A stretch of 64,000 nucleotides of DNA from Takakia lepidozioides (taxonomy: Eukaryota; Plantae; Bryophyta), in the NCBI GenBank assembly GCA_030704615.1, contig CM060731.1:9114001-9178000 (forward strand). Reading direction: 5' to 3'. The translations under genes and the position numbers were made by a program. Within the stretch, counting starts at the first letter, position 1; every line of letters starts with the position of its first letter. Shown here one piece after another: positions 1 to 10,243 of the stretch. The notes below the pieces were generated by a model. The model was not told where the DNA came from. It did no database searches and was given only the letters and a program-made list of their open reading frames with translations.

Positions 1-255
1 ATTGCCCAGAGAGTAGCAAAAGGCCGGCACAAGCACAACCTGCCACAGTTGCAATGTGGGCATTGTGGCAAGTATGGGCATGGAGATGCCCAGGGTTATG
101 ACTTGCATCCTGAGTTGCGCCCAGGCCAATTCCAAGGGAACAATGGTGGCCGGGGGCGAGGTGGACCAGCCCAAAGAGGACGAGGTGGTCGGTGTGCACG
201 AGGGCAGGCCAAGGCAAGCTCCACATGGCCAAGGACGCGGAGGTCAGGGTATTGA
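1..255 (+). pseudogene. gag: gag C-terminal zinc knuckle (degenerate CX2CX4HX4C) plus RG-rich tail
   Basis: QCGHCGKYGHGDAQGY (last Cys replaced by Gly), followed by GGRGRGGPAQRGRGGR. Confidence 0.75.
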
Positions 256-989
256 CCAAGGCATGGCCAATCGGCTTCAGCAGCTAGAGCAGGGCTCGGG
301 CCATGGCTATAGCTCAGGCTGGCGGTATGGTCTACGGCTCCTCAGACCGTGGTCACCCCCCCTCCTACCCGAGGGAGGAGATATGGGAGGTATGGGATTC
401 ATGTGCGGAGCAGCACTATCATAGAGCAGGTGGAGTCTGCTGAAGCCGTGACTCGAGGAGCAGCACGAGTTCCTTAGCCACGAGGTGCAGAGGTGGGATT
501 GGATCCATAGCGTGGGGAGGCAAGCCGTCAGGCGAGGCTTACTCAGTCATTCACCTGGCGGAGACTGTGTCGAGCATCCATGGCACCTAGTTCTCGCCCG
601 ACTATTACCAGGCGGAGGTTACTATGCCATTGGGGAGAGCTACACGTGCAGCATTGACTCCTGCTGCCAAGGCTAGTGCGGCCGGTGTGTTATTGGGGGC
701 AGCCACCTCTGTGTGTCAGGCCCCACTGTTCTCGGCAACACATGATTGCGAGTCGGGGGTGAGACCAGCTGCAGTGTTCAGACTAGCAGCAACACTCTGT
801 GAGAGTGGGGAGGTCACTTCATCTTCTGCGGAGTTAGTGGAAGGTGTAGTGGCAGAGGGATCCTCGGATTTGAGGGTCAAGACTGCCACGGCTGCGCCAT
901 GGCAAGCTGCAGCTGCCAGGTTGACGGAGCTGCCAGCTAGGCCCGCCTTTGAGCGCCAATGGTGACACCTGGAGTGTCTGTTAGACACC

Positions 990-1370
990 ATGGATGGTAT
1001 TCTCTTTGAGTGGACCGGCAGGCAAGAAGTACCGGCCCACTGCGGGTCTTGTTGGACTCGGAGAGATCAGACCACTGATGTTGGGCAGAGCTGTATTTGC
1101 AGGTTTGGGCTCAGGGAGGCGGATATGGAGCCTTGTCCTTTCCAGATACAGACATCTCTGGGAGGATCAGAGCAGGCTCGGGCGCATGACATGGCATCAG
1201 TTGGTCATTAGACTGCAAGCGGATCATCCTACGATGGCTCGTAATGCGAGCCAAGGCCATTGTGACAAGGTCGCAATCTCTTACGATGTCCTCGTTGGTG
1301 GGGCAGTGTTATACCCCATGGGCTTAACCTGGACTTTTGGGAGGAGTCAGCATCCTACAGGCCTTGGAGA
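990..1370 (+). pseudogene. retroviral-type aspartic protease (frameshifted)
   Basis: cgg gtc ttg ttg gac tcg = RVLLDS at ~1043-1060; after a frameshift PLMLGRAVF...YDVLVGG (protease C-terminal D-x-I/L-(V)-G-like motif). Confidence 0.75.
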
Positions 1371-1763
1371 CAGTCAGGCGCGTATGGTCGCCGTGCACAA
1401 CTCCCTGTGACATTCATGGGGGTATGCGAGCGTGCACATGCGGGGCAAGATGCCAACACTAGCCGCCTTTACAGCTGCAGTTAGTTGGCCTGGAGAGTTG
1501 CTGGCAAGGCAATGCCCATGCAGAGGATGTGCCACCTCCAGCAGAGCAAGATGACATGCATGGTATGGCGGAGTTGCCTGCCATGGTTGCTCACACTCCA
1601 TTGTGGGTAACGAGCAAGCATTGCAGCAGGTTGCTGATCGACGGGTACAACAAGCCTGGTACAGGCTTTTGTTCGTCAGGAGAGGAGGAGAGTGCGGGTA
1701 TTGCACCAGGACCACCTCAGTTGTCGCCATTGGATACCACACCTCTTGTGTGGCAGCGGCCAG

Positions 1764-2730
1764 ATGAAGGCAATATGCCTTCTGGACTTGTTTGGCGGGA
1801 TCAGCACCGGATTGGCTGCAGTGCTGCAGGCAGGTGTACGAGTTCGACGTTACCTGTATGTGGAGAGGGATGAGACTGCACGATGCGTCTCACTGCGCCA
1901 TGTTGCTCAGATGGTGCAGCAGTACCCTGAGTTGTTGCCGGTGGCTGCAGTTCGTGGATATCAGCAAGGCCTTGCCAGCAGACATTGCGTGCTGGGGGCG
2001 CAGGATTTGGAGCGGGTTTGGCTCCATTGATCTGGTAGTGGCAGGTTGGCCCTGCCAAGGGCATTCATCAACCGGGCATGGCAATGGATTGGCGAGACTC
2101 GAGGACGGTCTGTTTTGGGAGATGGTGCGGATTTTGCGCCACTTGCAGCTTCATCAGGTGTATCTCGGCATACATTTGGAGAATGTGCCACTGATGGGTG
2201 ATTCTCGGGCCAGGGTGATGGCCAGTGTGCTCAAGTCCGGTCGTGGCTTGGCAGTCAGCGTGTTGCTGGATGCAGCTGCAGTGGGTCACGGGCTCATCGT
2301 CCACGGCTTTGGTGGACTAACTTCATGCCACCCGCCACTGCTCAAGCGTGCATTTGATGGGGTGCAGCGCCCAGCACACTCATCGTGGATGGCATTCTGG
2401 ACACAGGGAGGCAGTCTCAACATGTGAGACATAATGACCGTTCGCCGTTGCAGTGGTCACAGGATGGGTCACCCACGAGCAGCATTACCTACATGCTCAG
2501 CTTCCCAGGCTCCCATGCTTTTCGGGATGGTGACCTGGCCTCCTGTGGGATGCTCAATAGTTGCAGCAGTTAGTGGAGCCTAATGCCGACGAGCGAGCGG
2601 GCGGGCTGGGGTTTTCCACTGGGACCACGGCGGTGCCTTCTCTTTCTGAGGCATCACGTCGTCAGGTGTTGGGGCAAGCAATGGATCTCAATTGCTTGAC
2701 CTGGATTGTCAGCTTGGCTATGGCTGAGCA
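1764..2730 (+). pseudogene. C5 cytosine DNA methyltransferase domain (DNMT3/DRM-like) within retroelement pol
   Basis: Motif I LLDLFGGISTGL; motif II YLYVE; motif IV IDLVVAGWPCQGHS (catalytic PC at 2050-2055); motif VI LENV (2176-2187); motif VIII AHRPRLWWTN (2292-2321, a frame not in the ORF track); motifs IX-X ERAGGLGFSTGTT...SRRQVLGQAMDL. Several frameshifts. Confidence 0.93.
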
Positions 2731-3099
2731 ACGTAGAGTGCGGAGTGCACTTCCCTTGATGGTCTCTCTGCCTACCGAGACGGTACAGGCAGCGAGTGGG
2801 GGCGAGCCGGTGAGGACCACGGGGTGTAGACATCCATGGCACACGTGGGAGGTGCTCGAGGTTCAGAGGGAGTTGGCAGCCAAGGCAGCTGTGATGGATG
2901 AGGTTGGGGATTCTTCTCGGGATGAGGAGGTTCTCAATGATGAGATGATGGGGCAGGATGAGGCCTTGTCATTGACTGAGCAGGAAGGGAGTACTGCTCA
3001 AGAGGTTGCAGCATAGCAACCACGGGACGCGTCCTCTACCTCTAAGCCCACTGGACTTAAGGTTGCAGTTACGGAGGACAATTGGGAGCCTGACATTGG

Positions 3100-4520
3100 A
3101 CCCATTGTCACCGGAGGAGAGAGACGACGTATACGGCGGTTCCTGAGGGCTTACAGGAATTGCTTTGCCTTCAGTTTGAAGGACTTGGGAGCACTGAAGG
3201 GTCAAGAGATCCGTATTGAGTTGGCCACTGACACGCCAATCTTTCGGAGACCCTATAGATACAGTGACATGGAGAGGTCTTTGATTCAGATGAGGACTCA
3301 AGATCTCTGGGAGGCAGGTTTGGTGGAGCTCTCTGGTGGAGAGTATGCTTCAGCCACAGTGATGCCAGCTAAGAAGGATGTCTATGGCAATTGGACGGAG
3401 AGACGTATGTGCGGTGATTACCGGCCTGTAAATCGTCAGACCAAGTCCGATAGGTATGCCATGCCAACACCAGAGGAGATCTTTGATGCCATTGGGCATT
3501 CCAAGGTCTTTAGCACGTTGGATTTACGATCCGGATATCACCAGTTGCCGATCAAGGAGGCGGATAAGCAAAAGACGGCATTCTGGGGGATCAATGAGCA
3601 CGGGAAGGATTGCCTATACCAGTGGCGGTTCTTACCATTTGGGCTTAAAAACGCTCCCGCTGAGTTTCAAAGAGTCATGGACAGGATTCTAGCAGGGGTG
3701 GAGTTTGCTCGGTGCTACATAGATGACATCATCATCTTTAGCTACGGTGGAGGAGCATGAGAGACACCTTCAGGGGGTATTTGAGCGCTTGAGGACGCAC
3801 GGATTGAAGTTACATCCGGGCAAGTGCAAGTTTTTCCACAACCAGATTGAGTATCTGGGTCACATGATATATCCTGGAGGATTGGGGGTACAGCAGACTA
3901 AGGTAGAGTCCATTGCACAGGTTCCACGCCCCACGGATGTGAGCCGAGTTCGAGCTTTCATGGGGTTAGCAAACTATTACAGACGGTTTGTTAAGGGATT
4001 TAGTGCCATTGCAAAGGCTCTAACCAAGCTGACCAAGGTGGACCAGGAGTGGCAGTGGGAAGATGAGCAGAAACAAGCTTTTCAAGAGCTCAAGGCGAGG
4101 TTGACCTCGGCGCCCATCTTGAGACGACCTATCAGGGGGCGTCCTTTTCAGCTGCATACAGATTGGAGCATGCTGGGGCTTGGAGCGGTGCTCACACAGG
4201 TGGATGATGAGGGAAGAGAGTTCGTAGTGGCTTATGCTAGCCGCTCGAACAATGCTGCAGAGTCTAAGTATAGCTCATATGAGGGAGAATGCTTAGCTGC
4301 AGTGTGGGCCGTGGCACACTTCAGGTGCTATCTATACGGCAATCTCTTCACCCTTGTCACGGATCACCAACCACTCAAGTGGTTGATGGAGTCAGACAAG
4401 CTTACGGGGAAGCTTGCACGGTGGGCACTCATCCTTCAAGAGTATGACTTTCAGGTGGTGCATCGACCGGGTTTGGTCAATCGAAATGCAGATGGGTTGA
4501 GTCGCAATCCATGCACGAGC
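3100..4520 (+). pseudogene. pol: reverse transcriptase - RNase H (frameshift near 3745)
   Basis: RMCGDYRPVN, LDLRSGYHQ, LPFGLKNAP, YIDD (3716-3727); RNase H LHTDWS...YEGECLA...TDHQPL...NADGLSR. Confidence 0.97.
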
Positions 4521-4762
4521 CAGCAGGATGACACTGGAGCTCGGTGGCATGGTGAGACGGACGAGGAGATGGTGCCCGGATGGCATGCATCTGCATTTCT
4601 GTGTATCTTGGCAGCGGAAGGCCAGGTTGGACCTACAACAGGGATGACTGTAGATCAAGTGTCTGAGGACCCTGAGGCCAGCAATGAGCAGGGTGGCGCC
4701 AAAGATATACATGAGGATTCAGTTGTGTTGGACTACTCCGCAGTGGAGACACGGCAGCCACT

Positions 4763-5971
4763 ATGACTGCCAAGGAGAGGGATCGGATCCTACAACGAGC
4801 CAAGAGGTTCAGGTGGGAGGGGACACACCTGCTCCGAGTGTGGGAGGATGGTCGAGTGAGGATTGTGCCTCACCCAACACAGCGGGCACGGTTAGTGCGG
4901 CATGCCCATGAGGAGTTGGGGCATTTTGGGGTGCGACGCACTCATAGTCTACTGCAGGGGCAGTATTGGTGGCGTGGTATGCACACAGAGGTGCAACAAT
5001 TTGTGGCTAGGTGCATGGTGTGTGACAGGGTGCGTGCTTCATTCAACGCCCCTACTCCACAATTGCACCCTCTTCCGATCATGGGATTGGGCTACAGGTG
5101 GAGTCTTGACTTCGCAGGGCCGTTGCCACTGACCATGCGCCACAACAAGTACGTGTTGGTGATGGTGGAGCACTTCTCCAAGTGGATTGAATTGGTTCCA
5201 TTGCCTGATAAGGCTAGTGAGGGAGCTGCGTATGCATTCCTGGATTGTGTGCTTAGCCGATTCGGTGCTCCAGCTGAGGTACTCACGGACCAAGGGAGAG
5301 AGTTCTTGGGGGAGTTTCAGGCTTTGTGTGACAAGGCCTTGATAGACCACCGCACCACTTCTCGGGATCATCCTGAGGCCGATGGCTTGGCAGAGAGAGT
5401 TGTTCAGACAGTAAAGAGGGGTTTGCGCAAGTATGGCTTGCAGAAGGGACACCTAGGAGATTGGGACCTTCAGTTACCCTGGTTAGCCATGGGCTACAGG
5501 TTCAGCAAGCAAGCATCACTTGCCTCCTTCTCACCATACTTTCTTCTCTTTGGCCGAGAGCCGGATTTGCCTACATCCATTCGCAGAGAAGCTGCTACAG
5601 TTCTTAACCTTGACGATCCGGACGTGTGGGCACGTGCATGTGAGCAGCGTGCAGAGTTGTTCAAGAGAGTCATGCCCATGGCTTTCGAGAACCTTGCCAT
5701 TGCACAACACCGTGATACGTTGAGGTATGCTACCATACGTGGTGGGGGCTATCGTCCTGGGGTTCGGAGATTCAACCCTGGTGACTATGTCTATCTGCAG
5801 CAGACTGCTCCTACGACCCTGGATGTGACTGCAGGACGTGTTATTTTGAGGGTTCGAGAGGTCTTGCCCTCAGGCGTCTTGGTCTTGGAGGGTCGGGATG
5901 GCATAACTTGGAAGGACCATGTGCGTAATGTGTGCGCCATGTCACCTTCCGAATGTCGATGGCAGGATTGA
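4763..5971 (+). CDS. integrase (HHCC zinc finger + DDE core)
   Basis: HAHEELGHFG...CMVC; SLDFAGP, TDQGREF, DGLAERVVQTVK. Confidence 0.96.
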   Translation: MTAKERDRILQRAKRFRWEGTHLLRVWEDGRVRIVPHPTQRARLVRHAHEELGHFGVRRTHSLLQGQYWWRGMHTEVQQFVARCMVCDRVRASFNAPTPQLHPLPIMGLGYRWSLDFAGPLPLTMRHNKYVLVMVEHFSKWIELVPLPDKASEGAAYAFLDCVLSRFGAPAEVLTDQGREFLGEFQALCDKALIDHRTTSRDHPEADGLAERVVQTVKRGLRKYGLQKGHLGDWDLQLPWLAMGYRFSKQASLASFSPYFLLFGREPDLPTSIRREAATVLNLDDPDVWARACEQRAELFKRVMPMAFENLAIAQHRDTLRYATIRGGGYRPGVRRFNPGDYVYLQQTAPTTLDVTAGRVILRVREVLPSGVLVLEGRDGITWKDHVRNVCAMSPSECRWQD

Positions 5972-5999
5972 CCCAAACCTGGCAGTGGTATCTGCAGGT

Positions 6000-6147
6000 T
6001 TGAGGTGCATGTTGTGTGGGTCTGCTAAAGGGGCAGCCCATGCTGGTGTGTGATCGATGCTCTAGAGGTTGGCATATGGGATGCTTGACTCCACCTCTTG
6101 AGATGGTTCCGGATGGGGATTGGTTATGTCCACATTGCATTGGATAG
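6000..6147 (+). pseudogene. PHD finger (C4HC3) at integrase C-terminus
   Basis: LRCMLCGSAKGAA, frameshift at ~6039, then MLVCDRCSRGWHMGCLTPPLEMVPDGDWLCPHCIG*; all eight ligands and the conserved Trp are present. Confidence 0.93.
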
Positions 6148-6406
6148 TGGGAGTGGATACAACCATGGAAGGCTAACAAGAAACGCAAGGCCCAGCTACT
6201 AGGAGACCTTGAACACACGAGTCCTGGCTCAAGTTCACAGATTGCAAGACGGCGACTAACGATGGGGCTACTCTTGTACCCGGCCTCTTGGTCTATAGAG
6301 TTTGAGTACAATAGGGACAGTGATAGAGGACTTAGTACGGCTGTGGCTATTACATCTTGTAGCTATCTGGAGGTAGAGGGACCTATCCACCAGCTAGGGG
6401 GGCGAT

Positions 6407-6927
6407 TGTGGCAGACTACTTTATTGTGCATATATGTGTGGTGTGGTTTGGACAGCGATGTAGTTGTGTAGCGATATGTATGCGCACGACAGCTGTCAAG
6501 TTAAATAAGCACAGTGTGAAAACAGCTAGAATAAAACTAGTTATTTGTATTTAACACTTGGATTTAGGTCAAGTGTTAAATCAGGTGTCAAGTTTAGTTT
6601 GACACCTGGTCCGTCTTATCTTCACGAGAGCGGCAGTCGCGCGGCTCATCTCTCTCGAGTTGAGCCTGCGCGACCGAGCTCCTTCATCGCTTAGATTGAG
6701 TGTGCTTATGATGGGAGTGTAGGTTGTTGTGGGGTGGAGTCCCCATAGCTTGGGGTGCCCCTGGCTCGACTACTATTTCAAAGAGTGATGATGGTTTTGG
6801 TTTTCCAAGTGTGTTCGTTGGTTTGTTTATCATTGTGGTAGACTACTTTATTGTGCATATATGTGTGGTGTGGTTTGGACAGCGATGTAGTTTTGTAGCG
6901 ATATGTATGAGCACGACACGCACATCA
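6407..6927 (+). repeat. 3' LTR with an 85-bp direct repeat at both ends
   Basis: Starts TG at 6407 just after the PPT-like tract; 6407-6491 is repeated at 6834-6918 with few mismatches; CA ends at 6832 and 6927. Confidence 0.7.
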
Positions 6928-6929
6928 TC

Positions 6930-7625
6930 CGGCTAATTCTTAAAAAATCAGCATTAATTTGTCCAAGTTGTCAATGGCAAGTCCAAGTCTGGCAAATCTG
7001 GAAGGCACGCTGCCGATGGACTTTGAACAATGCCTCTTCTTCCTATACAAAAATCCTTACTTATATTTTCTTCGACATTACTATTGCTGATAAGCTGGCC
7101 TGGCAAAAATGTGCAGAAGCAGACAGGAAACCGGAGCGAAAGGCAACTCTTCTCACCTTCTTCAGGGTATCATGGGGAAGAGGAGGAATCATTTGTTGCT
7201 GCATATCGGCTGACATTAACTGGAAGCACATTAGGAAGGGGTCTAAGTCTAAGTTGATCTTCCTTAGATAGGCATCTCGTGCGTTCTGCCTTGTAGCTCA
7301 TGCCGATCAGGCCCTGCTCTCATTGTCCTCCACTGAGCACTGTTCCCTGTTCTAGGGCTATTCTCGGAGCATTTGGTCTATTCTTCAATCTTGGATTAGC
7401 TCTCTGGTCTTTTCAAGCAGATCTTGCACTCCATTTTGGATTGGGTCTACCTTGGTTGTATGCATAGCTAGGGCTATTTTTTCTACTCACAGTTCGCTGG
7501 AATCTCCAACACGGTTCCGTGTGTTAGGCGGCCTCATGGCAACATGTAAGGGTTTAATTTTTTCCTTTTAATCAATAAAAGTATCAAGGCCTCTATCCCC
7601 TGTCTTGAAAAAAAATTAAAAAAAT
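6930..7625 (+). mobile_element. 3' end of an L1-type LINE (ORF2 C-terminus, 3'UTR, poly-A)
   Basis: VWQIWKARC motif in ORF 6903..7271; AATAAA near 7574 and an A-rich tail at ~7607-7625. Confidence 0.65.
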
Positions 7626-10243
7626 AGAGTTATCTGTAAATTCAGACCCGAGTTTCATCGTGTGTTGTTAGAAAACGCAATTTCGACGTGAGTTTGCTTT
7701 CCCTCCGCAAATTTCCTTAAATTTGTTAGGAATCGTTAAACACAGGTTGATTGGCCATGAGTTTATGCAAAGTGCTCTCACAGCGGGCCCTCTGTTGTCG
7801 CAAGCCTTCTCAACCTAAACTCACGATGGAACTCCCTGGACGTGCATTTGGGCAGGTGTTTTGAGTTTGGACCCGAGTTGAATACGACAAAAACTGCCAA
7901 AAAAAATGCCTAGCTGGACGTGAGTTTCACCTTGAAGTGGGTCGAGTCGTCGTGAGTTGATGGAATTTACGGATAACTCTATTGTCCTACCGAAAAATGA
8001 AAAATAGTGGCGGGCCCTTGGGGCTGGACGTGCCCTGACCCCTGACTTGTGCACCAGCCCCAACTTCATATCTAGATGCTATACCATGTGTATAGTCCTT
8101 GTTTTTGCCCGGTCCTAATATGGATGTGGCTTGATTTTATTGCAAGCATGGGAGCTGACGGGTACGGCCCGCGAGGTACAGCCGGGAACCCCCGCTCCGG
8201 CAGCCTCGTCGGCGAGCTGGACGCCCCATGTCAAATCATCCCCATCCCCCCCCCCCTTCGACCCCTCCGCCTGTTGCCCCGCCCCCGCCCACCGCTGGCC
8301 GCGCGGCGCCCCACAGCACCGCCCGATCTCCAGCCACGTGGCGGCCCCCCGCTGTGGATCCCCGCACCGCCACATGGCGCTCCCCCCGCCGTCGATCCCC
8401 TCATCCCATCGGAGGCAGGATCCCCCGCAACTGGGTTGATCCCCCGTCCAGGGCAGGAGTGATCCCCCACTCCCAATCGTGCGCCACGTGGTTCTCCTCG
8501 AACCGTTGATCCCCTGCGCATCAATCTTACTTACAACCACGGCCGTTCACAGTGACACGCCGCCACATCGCAATCCCTCCGCCGTCGATCCCTCCAACAG
8601 TTAGAGGCCTGATCCCCTGAGCCCAGGCGCGGTCCCCCGGGCCTTCGACCATGGACGGCGCAATCCCCGCGCTGTCGCTCCCCCCGCCTCGATTGATCCC
8701 CTCCTCCAATTCGGGGACTGATCCCCCTCCCCACATTTTCCGCCACGATGCCCTCCATGACACGTGGGCCACGTCACGGTCCCCTCGCCGTCGACCCCCC
8801 CCCCCTCGCCGCGCCGTCCATCCCCCTCGACCGCGTGCCGGCACCCCCAATGTCGATCCGTTCCCGATCCCCTGCTCCCCCCAGGGACTCATCCCCCTTG
8901 GCCCTCTTCAACGTGATGTGGCCGTCCCCCGCCGTCCGATAGTTTTGCGCGATGGTCCACTGCATGGCGCTGCCCCGGTCGTCCATCCCCCCTGGTCTTG
9001 CGCCGATCTCCTGCTTTGATCCCCCTTCGACCGATCCCCCAATCCATTCCATTTCCAACGGTGGGTATCGCACCACGTGGACCTGCATGTGCTGTTCACT
9101 TCGTCGTGGAGGTAGGGTTCTCCATCTGGATTGAGCGAGGGTTTCCAGCTGTCGTGCTTGTTCGTGCTCCTGCTTCGATGGACTTGGGATGACCTGCCAG
9201 GGTCTCAATCGTGTGCGCTCTAAGGCGTTTGTGATTCTCTTGCGACTCACGTCTTGCATACAGGGGTTTTCTTCTTCTCTTCTTCTTCTTCTTCTTCTTC
9301 TTCTTCTTTTGTTGTTCTTCTGTTTGCTCTTTCTTGTTTGTTGTTTTTCAGCCTCAACTTCATGTTTGTTTTTTCATACTACTTACCTTGCTAGATTCAA
9401 ATGTGAACATCTGTGTGTTGCAGAATCAAACATGGTTGGGTATCAAGCAGCTGAATAGGATTGATGGAGGTTGGAGAGTCCAAGATGGTTGTATACCGGC
9501 CAGCTCATAATACATGCACTTATAGGGATTTCTTTTTCGACCTAGCATGGTGTTTTACTCGTCCTACACAACGGTCTCTTCTCATGTTCCCTGCCCCTGT
9601 AGTTTAGGGTCCCCTTTCTCTCATGAGTTGTCTCCCTCCCTGAATCCGTCACTTGCAAACCCCCAAACATCCAATCCCTCCCGAGTTTTTGCTCCCCCAC
9701 TGTCTGGTCCCCCCCGCCACTCCCCCTGTCTTCGCTACCCACGTGTCACCTCCCTGACCACAGAATCGCCATGCATGTCATATCCAGTACTCTCCGCACA
9801 TGTCAGCTCCCCTCTACTAACATTCCCCCACGTGTCTGGTCCCCCTACTTTGATCCCCATGTTCTGGGAGTGGCTAGGGGTTCGATCCCCCTTCACATCT
9901 CCCCATGCCTGCTCCCCTTTATGACCGCCCAGATCTCCCCACGTGTCGACATCAGTGATCCCCACTTTGGTGCTGTTGACACATGTCCATCGACTGATCC
10001 CCTGCTCCCCCACGTGCCCGCTCCCCTAGCTACACTGCACGTGCGGAATGTCTTCCTCGCGAAGCGACTCTTTGGTGGCGGCTCTTCGTTGTGGTTTTTC
10101 AGCTGCTCTACTCATATCCTCTTTGTTGTCTATGTTGTGTGTTTTCCTTTTGTTCGTTGCAACCGTGTGCTCTTCCTTGTTTTCTCTGGCTTCTATTCTT
10201 TGCTTTTTATTTTCTGTATTTCGGCGTCGTGTGCTCGTTGCCG

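Larger units (their letters stand above)
1..6927 (+). mobile_element. Ty3/Gypsy LTR retrotransposon (5' part outside window), order gag-PR-DNMT-RT-RNaseH-IN-PHD-PPT-LTR; frameshifted
   Basis: RT (YIDD), RNase H and integrase in Gypsy order; gag zinc knuckle and protease upstream; purine-rich tract AGGGGGGCGA at ~6396-6405 followed by a TG...CA LTR-like block. Confidence 0.95.

Noticed and set aside
1764-2730. Bacterial contamination or restriction-modification methylase
   Set aside because: Collinear with eukaryotic Gypsy pol domains and contiguous with intron-containing plant genes.
8076-9259. Many overlapping Pro/Gly/Arg-rich ORFs (also 14865-15736)
   Set aside because: Artefacts of GC-rich TIR and subterminal repeats with few stop codons.
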